Part shown: positions 32,588 to 41,721 of the stretch, piece after piece
Position numbering within the stretch: position 1 is the first letter of the stretch
Layout of the letters: each line of letters begins with the position of its first letter
Assembly (NCBI GenBank): GCA_034439575.1
Contig: JAWXAQ010000036.1
Location: 1 to 64,000, forward strand
DNA length: 64,000 nt
Reading direction: 5' to 3'
Source: Leptospira sp.
Lineage (GTDB): Bacteria > Spirochaetota > Leptospiria > Leptospirales > Leptospiraceae
Notes under the pieces: generated by a model
What the model saw: the letters and a program-made list of their open reading frames with translations, nothing else
Told to the model about the DNA's origin: nothing
Databases searched by the model: none
Made by a program: the position numbers and the translations under genes

Positions 32588-33402
32588 TTGTTTCCTAGTT
32601 CATTAAGTGCGGTTGGTAATCTTGGACCAAAGCCAAGTAAAAGTAAATCATCCATAACAATCAGATTTTTTTCCTTTCCTGCCCTTGTTGATTTTATGCC
32701 TGATATTTCCCAAATAGCTTCACCACCACCGATCATATCAAATGAATGTTTGGTGAGAAGGATTATGTCTGGATTGTTTGCGACTAAACTTTCCGTAGTT
32801 AGTGGTTTATAATCATCAAACTCTGATATCGCATTTGTAGCACCTGACAAATGTATCATTGCATCTGGGGCTGTTTTTTTTCCTGAAACAAATAAATTTG
32901 TAGCTCCGCGCGAATAGATAAATAGAACCTTGATTGGCTTTTTCAAATTTGGTTTTTTAAATGTACTTATCTGGGTATTGAATTCATTTATTAATTTTTC
33001 ACCCTGAACTTGTTTGTTTGTCGAATTCGCAATTTTTCGAATTTTCTCTTCTACCCCTTTTGCAGAAAATTCATCAGATAAAATCAAAAGTGGAACCGAA
33101 GTCTGACGAATTTGATCCAAAGTAGAGGCGGGACCGGCAGATTCTGTCCCGATGACAAATGTGGGTGAAAAAGAAAGAATTCCTTCGGAAGAAAGGATTC
33201 TTTGGTAGCCAACTTGTTTGATTTTGGAAGTTTCCTTCGGAAAAGTCGAAGAAGTATCAATTCCTATGATTTTTTCCCCCAATCCTAATTGGAATAAGAT
33301 TTCTGTGACGGAACCATTGAGTGAAACTATGCGTTCTGAGGGTTCGGCATCCAAAATACTTCGGAAAAAAAGAAATAATACCATTGGAAAGATTCGTTTC
33401 AT
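32569..33402 (-). CDS. hmuT: Heme ABC transporter periplasmic binding protein
   Basis: Signal from MKRIF; RIVSLNGSVTEI, VGYQRILSSEGILS with heme-ligand Tyr, LLGFGPR. Confidence 0.92.
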   Translation of the reverse strand: MKRIFPMVLFLFFRSILDAEPSERIVSLNGSVTEILFQLGLGEKIIGIDTSSTFPKETSKIKQVGYQRILSSEGILSFSPTFVIGTESAGPASTLDQIRQTSVPLLILSDEFSAKGVEEKIRKIANSTNKQVQGEKLINEFNTQISTFKKPNLKKPIKVLFIYSRGATNLFVSGKKTAPDAMIHLSGATNAISEFDDYKPLTTESLVANNPDIILLTKHSFDMIGGGEAIWEISGIKSTRAGKEKNLIVMDDLLLLGFGPRLPTALNELGNKWKSID

Positions 33403-33444
33403 AGGAGCAAGATTCTTGACTGGTAGCATTTGTCAATCAATAAA

Positions 33445-33512
33445 TGAGACTGAGACTCAATATAGTATTTGACAGCCAGCTTGGGATTTCTTTTGTTGAG
33501 ACTAATTCTCAA
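33445..33512. promoter_or_regulatory. Two Fur-like 7-1-7 boxes in a divergent promoter
   Basis: TGAGACT-G-AGACTCA (33445-33459) and TTGAGACT-A-ATTCTCAA (33496-33512); TTGACA on both strands (33469-33474 plus, 33431-33436 minus). Confidence 0.7.
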
Positions 33513-33525
33513 AAAGGGGTCCACT

Positions 33526-34263
33526 ATGGACAAAAATTATTTAAAAATTACCATCTTACTCGCTGTCGCACTCTTGCTATTTTCAAATTGTGAAACTAAA
33601 TCCGAGGAGCAAACGACCAATGGAGCCGTATTACTCGGACTTGTTGATTCACAAAGTAAAGCAGAAGCGGCTCGTATTGCCGCAACCAAAGTCTGTGAAA
33701 CGACAATAGATAGCACATACACTTCAGGTTCATACGCGGTAATTTGTACACCTAGTGCTGGTGTGGGAAGATTTTTCCGCATTACAGGCGTAAAAACAAA
33801 TGGTGATAACGGATATCTTTATCTTTTCTTAGGTTATGCCAGCACTCCAACATCTGTCACTCCAAATGCGACTGGCCAATACCAATTTGTATTTGGTAAA
33901 TCTGTTACAAATGCAAATCCATTTGCTTGGTTTAGAAATTTAGAATATGGTAATTATCAAGCAGGGCAAACAGCTAGTGGTGCGAATCCATCTTTATCTC
34001 TTACCACTGAAAAAGAAATCTGTGTGAGTTTTTCTGGAACAAGTTCGGCACCGAGAGTTAACTTTTGGATCACGGGAACTAACGGCGCCGATTGTCAAGT
34101 TAGATCAAGCTTAACTCAGACATCATCTATCATAGATTATATTGGTTGGTCAAATGCATCCAATGTTATCTCAAGCACATCTATAGCCAATCATTTCCGA
34201 TTTAGTAGCACTGCACTTTTGACTGCGACTAAAATTTTTGTATCAACTGAAAGCATTTTTTAA
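33526..34263 (+). CDS. Ser/Thr-rich lipoprotein of the heme locus
   Basis: AGGGG RBS before ATG 33526; lipobox LFSNC; four further Cys. Confidence 0.8.
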   Translation: MDKNYLKITILLAVALLLFSNCETKSEEQTTNGAVLLGLVDSQSKAEAARIAATKVCETTIDSTYTSGSYAVICTPSAGVGRFFRITGVKTNGDNGYLYLFLGYASTPTSVTPNATGQYQFVFGKSVTNANPFAWFRNLEYGNYQAGQTASGANPSLSLTTEKEICVSFSGTSSAPRVNFWITGTNGADCQVRSSLTQTSSIIDYIGWSNASNVISSTSIANHFRFSSTALLTATKIFVSTESIF

Positions 34264-34268
34264 ATTGA

Positions 34269-34288
34269 GGGGAAGGATAATCTTCCCC
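34269..34288 (+). other. Intercistronic hairpin
   Basis: GGGGAAG-GATAAT-CTTCCCC without a strong U tail. Confidence 0.55.
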
Positions 34289-34307
34289 AATTAAAGGTAA
34301 AACATAT

Positions 34308-34958
34308 ATGAAATTTATAATTAAAAAATCAATTTTGTTCATACTCTTATTTTTCTTCTATCAATGCGAAGAGGGAAAACAAAAAAATTCAGATATGGGA
34401 GCAAGCGCACTATTGCTTTTGCAACCAGCATCCACTCAAACAAATTCAACTACTTCAAGCACTCAAGATGTAGAAACAAAAGCAGAAGGTTCCTTGTATT
34501 CAACAACTGTTAATGCATCATCAACATCTGCTTGGATGTATGTTAGTTTAAAAGAAGGGGGAAAAAAAGCAAGTTCAGATATACAATGGGACATTCGATT
34601 CAAACGATTTGTAATAGGAACTAACAGTGGTACAAGTGGTAGTGGAAACGGTGGTTCTTGTGATACAACAAAATCAAGTGTCACTGACGCTTCGATTAAT
34701 GCTTCCACTTGTACCTTGGTAATCGATTCAGTGCAATCGCAAACTGGAGAAGGTGGATTTGGTTCTGCTAGCGAAAGTGCCAGTCCTTCCATGTTTACTT
34801 GGTATTCTTATGATGGAACTAGTCACCTTTTAAGTAGCAAACGACTCGTATACATTGTAAGGGGTAGTGATGGAACATTGTATAGATTACAAATGTTAGA
34901 TTATTATAGTTCGGCTGGGACAAGCGGATATATGAAATTCTATTGGAAAGGCTTATAA
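34308..34958 (+). CDS. hmuY: HmuY-family heme-binding lipoprotein
   Basis: Lipobox FYQC; WDIRFKR, IGTNSGTSG, WYSYD, YRLQMLDYY, GTSGYMKF. Confidence 0.9.
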   Translation: MKFIIKKSILFILLFFFYQCEEGKQKNSDMGASALLLLQPASTQTNSTTSSTQDVETKAEGSLYSTTVNASSTSAWMYVSLKEGGKKASSDIQWDIRFKRFVIGTNSGTSGSGNGGSCDTTKSSVTDASINASTCTLVIDSVQSQTGEGGFGSASESASPSMFTWYSYDGTSHLLSSKRLVYIVRGSDGTLYRLQMLDYYSSAGTSGYMKFYWKGL

Positions 34959-34964
34959 GAATAA

Positions 34965-37313
34965 ATGTATTTTCCATTCTATTTTTTTTTCATATTTCTT
35001 TTTGTTTCTTCGTATTTAAGTGCTGAAACTTTAGAAAATACAAACAAAGACGATGCGAATGTTATTACAGTAACAGGGACTCGGCGTAAAGGTCTACTGA
35101 AAGACTCGACAATCACGACGGAAGTGATTTCTAGAAAAGATATTGATGCTATGGGAGCAAAGGATGTTTCCGAAACTCTTGGCAATGTTCCTGGTATTGA
35201 AGTTCGACCTGCACAAGCTGGAGAGCGAGGAAGTACGGTGAGATTGCAAGGATTATCATCGCAAAATGTATTAATACTTGTGGATGGCCAGCGAACAACT
35301 GGTAGGTTTAGTGGATCGATTGATCTTACCAGATTTAAAGCGGATGAAATAGAAAGAATAGAAATTGTGAAAGGAGCATCGTCTGCGATTTACGGGTCTG
35401 ATGCCATAGCAGGTGTGATCAATATTATCACTAAGGAAGCAAAAAGTCCTTTGTTTGCTGAATTTCGCACCATGGCAGGTTCCGGCAGTAAATCGTATTT
35501 TGGTCCTTATATCGACTATCGTAATTATGCGAGTGCCGGAACTAAGGGAGATAAGATCGGGACAATTTTTACAGTTGGCTGGCATAAGGGAGAGGGTTAT
35601 GACCTAACACCTGACGCAACTAAAGGTCCGAGAAATGGACGAACTGCCTCGCTTGCTCCCGGTTATAATCCTTATCCAAGCGAAACCTCCTTTATACAGT
35701 CTTATTATTTGGCATCCAGACTTCCCAATTATTCTCCGCCATTGGAATCAACTTCTGGCGGAGCCTTTAATGATTTAAATGTTTCAAATAAATCTACATT
35801 TCAACTTACAAATGATTTGTTGCTCACAAGTACTATGTATTATAGATACCTTCAGCAAACAGCTGTAGATGCGATTTTGCCAAGAACAGTTTATGACAGG
35901 ACAAATAAAACGCATGATTTTATGGGTGCTTTGAATCCGGATTGGAATCTAACAAAAAAAACTTCCATCAATGTGAATCTTAACCATTCAAGATTTCAAG
36001 ATTTATTTAACAATGACCAACGTAAATCAGATGAACTAGATACACAACAGAGGACGGACAATGGAATTACTGAAATCCGAACTCGAGTCGACTATAAATT
36101 TGCTGAAAACCATATAACTTCTGTAGGTGTTGAACATTTATATGATAAATTATCATCAGCACGCCTTGCACCTGATTGTCGAAGATCATATCCTTATTTA
36201 TGCCAGGAAGATTTTAATCCTGATATAGCAAAGGGCCAGTCCATTAATGGAAATATTTTTCGGTTCAGAAATGCTATATTTTTACAAGATGAGTGGAGGA
36301 TATCAGATAAGCCAAGAATACAAATCGTCCCAGGAGTCAGATACGATCATGATTCTTTGTATGGCGGTGAGTGGTTACCAAAGTTAGCTGTTAGGTATGA
36401 TGTGACTGATACATTTAGAATCAGAATCGCAAATGGCTTAGGGTTTAGAGCACCTAGTTTTCAAGATTTATATTTCAATTTTTTAAATCCTGGTGTTGGA
36501 TACCGTGTAACAGGTAATCCAAATTTAAAACCAGAAATATCTCGTAGCTATAATTTTGGATGGGAGTGGGATATATCAAAGTATGTTTGGTTTAGTTCCA
36601 ATTTTTTTCATAATAACATCGATAACTTAATTGGATTTCGAACAAATCCGATCCGAGATAACTCAGGCCTACTTGTATATCAAACATCAAATTATCTCAA
36701 GGCGACAACTTCTGGGGTTGAAACTTCGATCCAATTTCGTTTGCAGGAATTTTTATCAATAGGTGGTGGCTACACATATACGCATTCAAAAGATGAATTA
36801 ACCAATTTACCTTTAGAAGGAAGAGGGCCTCAGAGGTGGAATCTCAATTTACGATTCGAAGAAAAACAAACAGGAATTAGTTTTTCTATATTTGCCGTTA
36901 TTTTTGGCAAACAACCATATTACTGTGTTAAAAATCCGATTTGGTGCAATCCTGATTTTAGTGACAACAACTTCCAAGGTATGGAATCTGTATTGATATC
37001 AAATTCGCAAAAAGTTATTAATGAAGCATTTTCTCAAATTCCCCAAGCAATTTCTGAAGAATGTGCTTTAAGAAATCAATCATTTTGTACTAGAGAACAA
37101 ACCTTCGGGTATAGAATGGTGAATGCACATACCAATTTGAATTTGAGAATTTCGCAAAAATTCTTCACCAACTTTCAGTGGTTTGTTGGAATAGATAATG
37201 CACTAGATAGCTGGGATTTAACATATAATCCACAAAAACCGAAGTTTATATATATAGGACTTGATGGAAAATTTTCCTATCAAGAAAAAGAAAAATTATC
37301 ACCTAACATATGA
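34965..37313 (+). CDS. TonB-dependent heme/hemoglobin receptor
   Basis: TonB box ITVTGT, plug IERIEIVKGASSAIYGSDAIAGVINIIT, FRAP and NPNL motifs. Confidence 0.93.
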   Translation: MYFPFYFFFIFLFVSSYLSAETLENTNKDDANVITVTGTRRKGLLKDSTITTEVISRKDIDAMGAKDVSETLGNVPGIEVRPAQAGERGSTVRLQGLSSQNVLILVDGQRTTGRFSGSIDLTRFKADEIERIEIVKGASSAIYGSDAIAGVINIITKEAKSPLFAEFRTMAGSGSKSYFGPYIDYRNYASAGTKGDKIGTIFTVGWHKGEGYDLTPDATKGPRNGRTASLAPGYNPYPSETSFIQSYYLASRLPNYSPPLESTSGGAFNDLNVSNKSTFQLTNDLLLTSTMYYRYLQQTAVDAILPRTVYDRTNKTHDFMGALNPDWNLTKKTSINVNLNHSRFQDLFNNDQRKSDELDTQQRTDNGITEIRTRVDYKFAENHITSVGVEHLYDKLSSARLAPDCRRSYPYLCQEDFNPDIAKGQSINGNIFRFRNAIFLQDEWRISDKPRIQIVPGVRYDHDSLYGGEWLPKLAVRYDVTDTFRIRIANGLGFRAPSFQDLYFNFLNPGVGYRVTGNPNLKPEISRSYNFGWEWDISKYVWFSSNFFHNNIDNLIGFRTNPIRDNSGLLVYQTSNYLKATTSGVETSIQFRLQEFLSIGGGYTYTHSKDELTNLPLEGRGPQRWNLNLRFEEKQTGISFSIFAVIFGKQPYYCVKNPIWCNPDFSDNNFQGMESVLISNSQKVINEAFSQIPQAISEECALRNQSFCTREQTFGYRMVNAHTNLNLRISQKFFTNFQWFVGIDNALDSWDLTYNPQKPKFIYIGLDGKFSYQEKEKLSPNI

Positions 37314-37431
37314 TTTGGTCTATCTTTTAATCCTGAAATTAGTAAATTTATTTTATGATTTAAAGTATAAGAAGAAAACTTTTTAAAATATAGGTCCAAT
37401 TTCACTTGCCTAGTCTTTAGAAATAGTTAGA

Positions 37432-37743
37432 ATGATGGACATGAAACAATCCATTATTTTCATTTTCACAGTTTGTTTTCATTTTGCCATTTGGTCGCAA
37501 AATAATGGGATAGGTTCCCCTGGTTCGGGAACTGGCGATGCAGGGAATGGAATCGGTAATCCTGGAACAAACATTGGGGATCCTGGTAATGGAATTGGTG
37601 GACCAGCGACAACAATTCCAAGTGACCCAGATCAGAATCAAAATGATGGTTATAGACAAAATCAAGGGGATCGAGATCGTAATCATGGTCGTCCTCATCA
37701 TCATGGACCTAGGCAAGGCAATGGGGGAAGAGGCAGGAGATAA
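37432..37743 (+). CDS. Small secreted Gly/Asn/Pro heptad-repeat protein with His/Arg-rich tail
   Basis: Signal peptide ending AIWS; five heptads; repeat divergence falls largely at synonymous positions in this frame. Confidence 0.65.
   Translation: MMDMKQSIIFIFTVCFHFAIWSQNNGIGSPGSGTGDAGNGIGNPGTNIGDPGNGIGGPATTIPSDPDQNQNDGYRQNQGDRDRNHGRPHHHGPRQGNGGRGRR
37504..37608 (+). repeat. Degenerate 21-bp x5 tandem repeat (42-bp super-period)
   Basis: NGIGSPG SGTGDAG NGIGNPG TNIGDPG NGIGGPA. Confidence 0.75.
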
Positions 37744-37790
37744 TTAGAAATTAAATTTGAACTAAAATCATATGTATATGTTTTTATCCC

Positions 37791-38426
37791 TTAGTATTTA
37801 GCACCCGCAGAGATTAATAATGAAACTATCTCTGCGTGGCCTTCTTGGTTTGCTTCACTCAAGGCAGATCCTCCAAATTTATCAGTCAGATTAAGATTTG
37901 CTTTGTATTGAAGTAATAATTTAACAGAATCTATGTGACCATTACTCGCAGCATACATAAGTGCTGTAGCTCCCATTCTATCTTGGTGATTGATATTTGC
38001 CTTTGCATTTATTAATACTTGCAAAATATCAGGAAACCCATTGAAAGATGCCCAAATAAGAGCCGTTTTGTGGTCATCATTTTTAATATTTGGATCTGCC
38101 TTCGCATCAAGCAACATTCCTACTATAGGTAGATAACCATTTCTCGAGGCATATATCAAAGGAGTAGAGCCATCTTTTGATTTTACATTTGGGTTAGTAC
38201 TAGAAGATAATAAGGAACGAACAATTTCTTCATTTCCGAAAATGGCGGCAGAGATCAAGGGGTGATTTCTTTCGTCCAATTTATCTGAAGTATCAATATC
38301 TTTTGAAGAAGGAAAGTATTCTGTAGAAGGTGCGATGATTTTGTCAGTGGAGCGTTTGTTTGCAGGTTTAGTGAGGCACGAAAAGAAAAGTGCAATCAGT
38401 AAGAGCAAAAATAGTATCTGCTTCAT
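37791..38426 (-). CDS. Ankyrin-repeat lipoprotein
   Basis: Lipobox FFSC; about five ankyrin repeats (GSTPLIYASRNG, TALIWASFNG, TALMYAASNGH). Confidence 0.93.
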   Translation of the reverse strand: MKQILFLLLLIALFFSCLTKPANKRSTDKIIAPSTEYFPSSKDIDTSDKLDERNHPLISAAIFGNEEIVRSLLSSSTNPNVKSKDGSTPLIYASRNGYLPIVGMLLDAKADPNIKNDDHKTALIWASFNGFPDILQVLINAKANINHQDRMGATALMYAASNGHIDSVKLLLQYKANLNLTDKFGGSALSEANQEGHAEIVSLLISAGAKY

Positions 38427-38476
38427 GTTTGAAATATCTTCATATGTTGTAGGAAACTGGCAATCATTAATCGAAA

Positions 38477-39115
38477 TTATATGGAAGCCGAGATATTTTT
38501 CCGTCTTCGTCTGGCGCGAATTCCCCCTACAAAAATTAGTCTTAATTGTTTGACGGTCTTTATTTGGATTCGCCTATGTTCGCGTTCGTCGGAAAGATCT
38601 ACATCCAAATATTCTCCAGCCATATGAAAGGCATTGGATACAATCATTTCAGAAACAAATTCAATATCTGAGAAGGGAATCGACTTTGGCATTCTCATAT
38701 CTGCGGCAAGTTCTGAACCTATAAAAGCCATTTCATTGCGAATGGCTTTTCGAATGCGTTGATTCCCTCCTGTCTTTTCCCGAGAGAGAAACCGAAAGAG
38801 GAGGCGATTTTTATTTACGTATTCAAAAAACAAATCAAGAGATTCTTTGAGCGCGGCCCGATAGGCTCCACTTTTTCTCGCATCACGAAGCAAAGTGCGC
38901 AATTTTCCACCCATATCATCCACAACGGCCAAACCCAGTTCCTCCATGTTTTTGAAGTGCCTATAGAATGCTGCTGGTACGATTCCTGCCGCTCCAGCCA
39001 CTTCTCGTAGGCTCAACTCACCAAGTCCTTTCTCTTCACCCATAAGTTTCAATGAGGCAGAGATCAAAGTAGAGCGTGTTTTTAGCTTTTGGAGGTATCT
39101 TTGGTTGAGTTTCAT
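38477..39115 (-). CDS. desT: TetR-family regulator, DesT/FabR type
   Basis: QKLKTR..LI, LSLREVA..AGIVPAAFYRHF, QLRLIFVG; divergent from desCB. Confidence 0.85.
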   Translation of the reverse strand: MKLNQRYLQKLKTRSTLISASLKLMGEEKGLGELSLREVAGAAGIVPAAFYRHFKNMEELGLAVVDDMGGKLRTLLRDARKSGAYRAALKESLDLFFEYVNKNRLLFRFLSREKTGGNQRIRKAIRNEMAFIGSELAADMRMPKSIPFSDIEFVSEMIVSNAFHMAGEYLDVDLSDEREHRRIQIKTVKQLRLIFVGGIRARRRRKNISASI

Positions 39116-39123
39116 TTGGATCT

Positions 39124-39226
39124 AAGTAAACGATTGTTCACTTTTTTTTTCTGACAAGGAGAAAAAGATGCAAAACGGGGTTGACATAGTTAACGCTGTA
39201 TGGTAACTCTGTGAACAGTTGTTTAC
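39124..39226. promoter_or_regulatory. Two DesT/FabR-type operators and a sigma70 promoter
   Basis: AAGTAAACGATTGTTCACTT (39124-39143), GTGAACAGTTGTTTAC (39211-39226); TTGACA 39181-39186. Confidence 0.8.
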
Positions 39227-39242
39227 CAAAAACGAGGCGAAA

Positions 39243-40328
39243 ATGAAAACTTTACCATTTATCTACAACCAACCAAAGGAATTTTGGGCTTCTTTAGAGC
39301 CTAAAGCCTGGGCAGACTTTATCCTAGGGGAAATTAACCCCTTATATTCACTTACAGAGACAAAGGCGAAGGTTCTGGAAGTCAGAACTGAGACTCCAGA
39401 TACCAAAACACTTGTTCTCCAAACCAATCGAAATTGGAAGGGATTCAAAGCTGGTCAGCACGTTCCTGTAACAATTGAGATCGCAGGAAGGAAAGTGACT
39501 CGCTTTTATTCTCTTTCCAATTCTCCTTCGGAAAAACAAATTTTTATCACAGTTAAGAAACAAAACGGTGGCCTTGTTTCCCATTTCATTAACGAACGCA
39601 TCCAAAAGGGAGATATTTTGGAATTGGGGGCAGCCCAAGGGGAATTCGTCCTTCCGTCTGTCCTACCGAAAAAAATCCTAATGATTGCTGGTGGAAGTGG
39701 CATCACCCCGATTCATTCGATCATTAAAGAACTTAGTGCAAAGAAATATGAAGGCGATGTCAAACTTCTGTATTTTTCAAGATTTCGTGAAGATATCATT
39801 TTCTTTGATTCTTTTGCTCAATTGGAAAAAACACATTCTTGGTTAAACATAAAACATGTATTAACGGACGTTCCTATGGAAGGCTTTGATTCAGGTTTTT
39901 TAACCAAAGATATGTTAGATGCATATACTCCTGATTTAGCTGATAGAACAGTATTTCTTTGCGGTCCAGCTCCTTTACAAAAATCAGCCAAAGCGCTTCT
40001 CGGAGATAAGGAAGTTTTATCAGAACTTTTCCTACTTCCAAATCAAGTATTAGCAGATGTGAAGTCCACAGGCCCAAAGGAAGTGGTACTTCTCCAATCA
40101 CACAAAACAATTTTACTAAAAGGTGAAAAATCAATTTTAGACGAATTGGAAGATAATGGAATTTATGCACCAAGCGGCTGTAAAATGGGTATTTGCCATA
40201 CTTGTGTTTGTAAAAAAGTAAGTGGTTCTGTCACAAACGTACTTAACCAAGAAGTATCAGGCGTGGGTGAAGAGAGTATCCAAATCTGTGTGAGTCGTGC
40301 GACTGAGAAATTAGAATTAGATTTATAG
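39243..40328 (+). CDS. desC: FAD/NAD ferredoxin reductase with 2Fe-2S domain, desaturase partner
   Basis: FKAGQH, RFYSL, AGGSGITP, LCGP, GCKMGICHTCVC; GAGG RBS before ATG 39243. Confidence 0.88.
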   Translation: MKTLPFIYNQPKEFWASLEPKAWADFILGEINPLYSLTETKAKVLEVRTETPDTKTLVLQTNRNWKGFKAGQHVPVTIEIAGRKVTRFYSLSNSPSEKQIFITVKKQNGGLVSHFINERIQKGDILELGAAQGEFVLPSVLPKKILMIAGGSGITPIHSIIKELSAKKYEGDVKLLYFSRFREDIIFFDSFAQLEKTHSWLNIKHVLTDVPMEGFDSGFLTKDMLDAYTPDLADRTVFLCGPAPLQKSAKALLGDKEVLSELFLLPNQVLADVKSTGPKEVVLLQSHKTILLKGEKSILDELEDNGIYAPSGCKMGICHTCVCKKVSGSVTNVLNQEVSGVGEESIQICVSRATEKLELDL

Positions 40329-40353
40329 AATTAAAAAACTTAAGGAAAATAAA

Positions 40354-41526
40354 ATGAAAACGTTAAGCAGAAATTTATCAAAACAAGAAATCGAATCTTT
40401 TGGGCAAGAATTGGAAACCATGCGCAAAGAAATTACCGCTAAAGTTGGTAAGGAAGATGCTGACCATATCAAAAAAGTATATCGCGTTTACCGTTATACG
40501 GAAGTTTTGGGTCGGGGGTTATTACATTTTAGCTTTGAACCAATTAGTTTTGTCGCAGGCACAATGCTTTTATCCATTTCCAAAATACTCAACAATATGG
40601 AGATCGGTCATAATGTTATGCATGGTCAATACGATTGGATGAATGACAAAAGATTTAATTCGAGAACCTTTGAATGGGATATTGTATCTGATTCAAAACA
40701 ATGGAAGTTTTATCATAACTATATGCACCACACTTTTACCAATGTAATTGGAAAAGATCATGATTATGGTTACAATTTTACTAGACTCACAGAAGAACAA
40801 ACATGGAAACCAATTCATTTAACGCAAGTTATTTCAAATTTGTTTCTTGCCTTTAACTTTCAGTGGGGTGTCGGAGCTCATGGTCCAAAAGTAGAATATT
40901 TGGAAAAACCAAAAAAACAAAGAACCAAAAGATCTTACAAAGATTACAGAGCAGTTTTTTTCAAAAAGATAGAATTGCAATTGGTAAAGGATTATCTTTT
41001 CTTTCCTATCCTTGCGGGATTCAATTTTCCAAAAGTATTTCTTGGAAATTTGATCGCAAACATGATACGTAATCTTTGGACTTATGCAGTAATCTTCTGC
41101 GGTCACTTCACTGAAAATACAGAAACCTTTACGCCAGAAGAGATCAAAAATGAGACAAAGGCGCAGTGGTATCTTAGACAATTAAAGGGAAGTTCAAACC
41201 TAAGTGGTGGAAAGATATTTTATATAATGACTGGGCATTTAAGTCACCAAATAGAACACCATATGTTTCCAGATATTCCTGCAAAACGTTACCAAGAAAT
41301 TGCTCCTCGTTTGCAAGAGTTATGTGCCAAATACGGTCAACATTACAATGCAGCTGGTTTCTTTAAACAATTCGCATCAGTGTGGAAAAGAATATTTGCC
41401 TACTCTTTACCTGATAGATATGCGATGAAATTAATGGAATCTAGAAATACTAAGGCTCGCCAAGAAGTAAAGGTTCAAAACATAGAAACTGTAACGGTTA
41501 AAGAAGAGGAATTGGTGATCGCATAA
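40354..41526 (+). CDS. desB: Acyl-CoA desaturase (DesB/DesA3 type)
   Basis: His boxes HNVMHGQYDW, HNYMHH, HQIEHH. Confidence 0.92.
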   Translation: MKTLSRNLSKQEIESFGQELETMRKEITAKVGKEDADHIKKVYRVYRYTEVLGRGLLHFSFEPISFVAGTMLLSISKILNNMEIGHNVMHGQYDWMNDKRFNSRTFEWDIVSDSKQWKFYHNYMHHTFTNVIGKDHDYGYNFTRLTEEQTWKPIHLTQVISNLFLAFNFQWGVGAHGPKVEYLEKPKKQRTKRSYKDYRAVFFKKIELQLVKDYLFFPILAGFNFPKVFLGNLIANMIRNLWTYAVIFCGHFTENTETFTPEEIKNETKAQWYLRQLKGSSNLSGGKIFYIMTGHLSHQIEHHMFPDIPAKRYQEIAPRLQELCAKYGQHYNAAGFFKQFASVWKRIFAYSLPDRYAMKLMESRNTKARQEVKVQNIETVTVKEEELVIA

Positions 41527-41563
41527 TAAAGAATCTACGCAAACAGCAGATCAGAAACGTATT

Positions 41564-41592
41564 AAAGCCCGGTCCATTGATCGGGCTTTTTT
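41564..41592 (+). terminator. Intrinsic terminator of desCB
   Basis: AAAGCCCGGTC-CATT-GATCGGGCTTT followed by T run. Confidence 0.9.
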
Positions 41593-41721
41593 ATTTGTTT
41601 TACTCATTGGTTTTTATATTTTTGTTTTGATTGCCATTTTCATCATAAAAAAGAGATAGTATATATAAAACTCGATTTCAAAAGAGTTAGATCCATTTTT
41701 TCCCTATCTAATTTTAGCATT

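Noticed and set aside
33469-33525. Upstream TTG starts at 33469, 39219 and 48161
   Set aside because: They fall in promoter/operator sequence; downstream ATGs have SDs
37417-37747. Alternative-frame ORFs and possible CRISPR in the 21-bp repeat
   Set aside because: Repeats are degenerate, contiguous and codon-phased with no spacers or cas genes; the 37432 frame has a signal peptide
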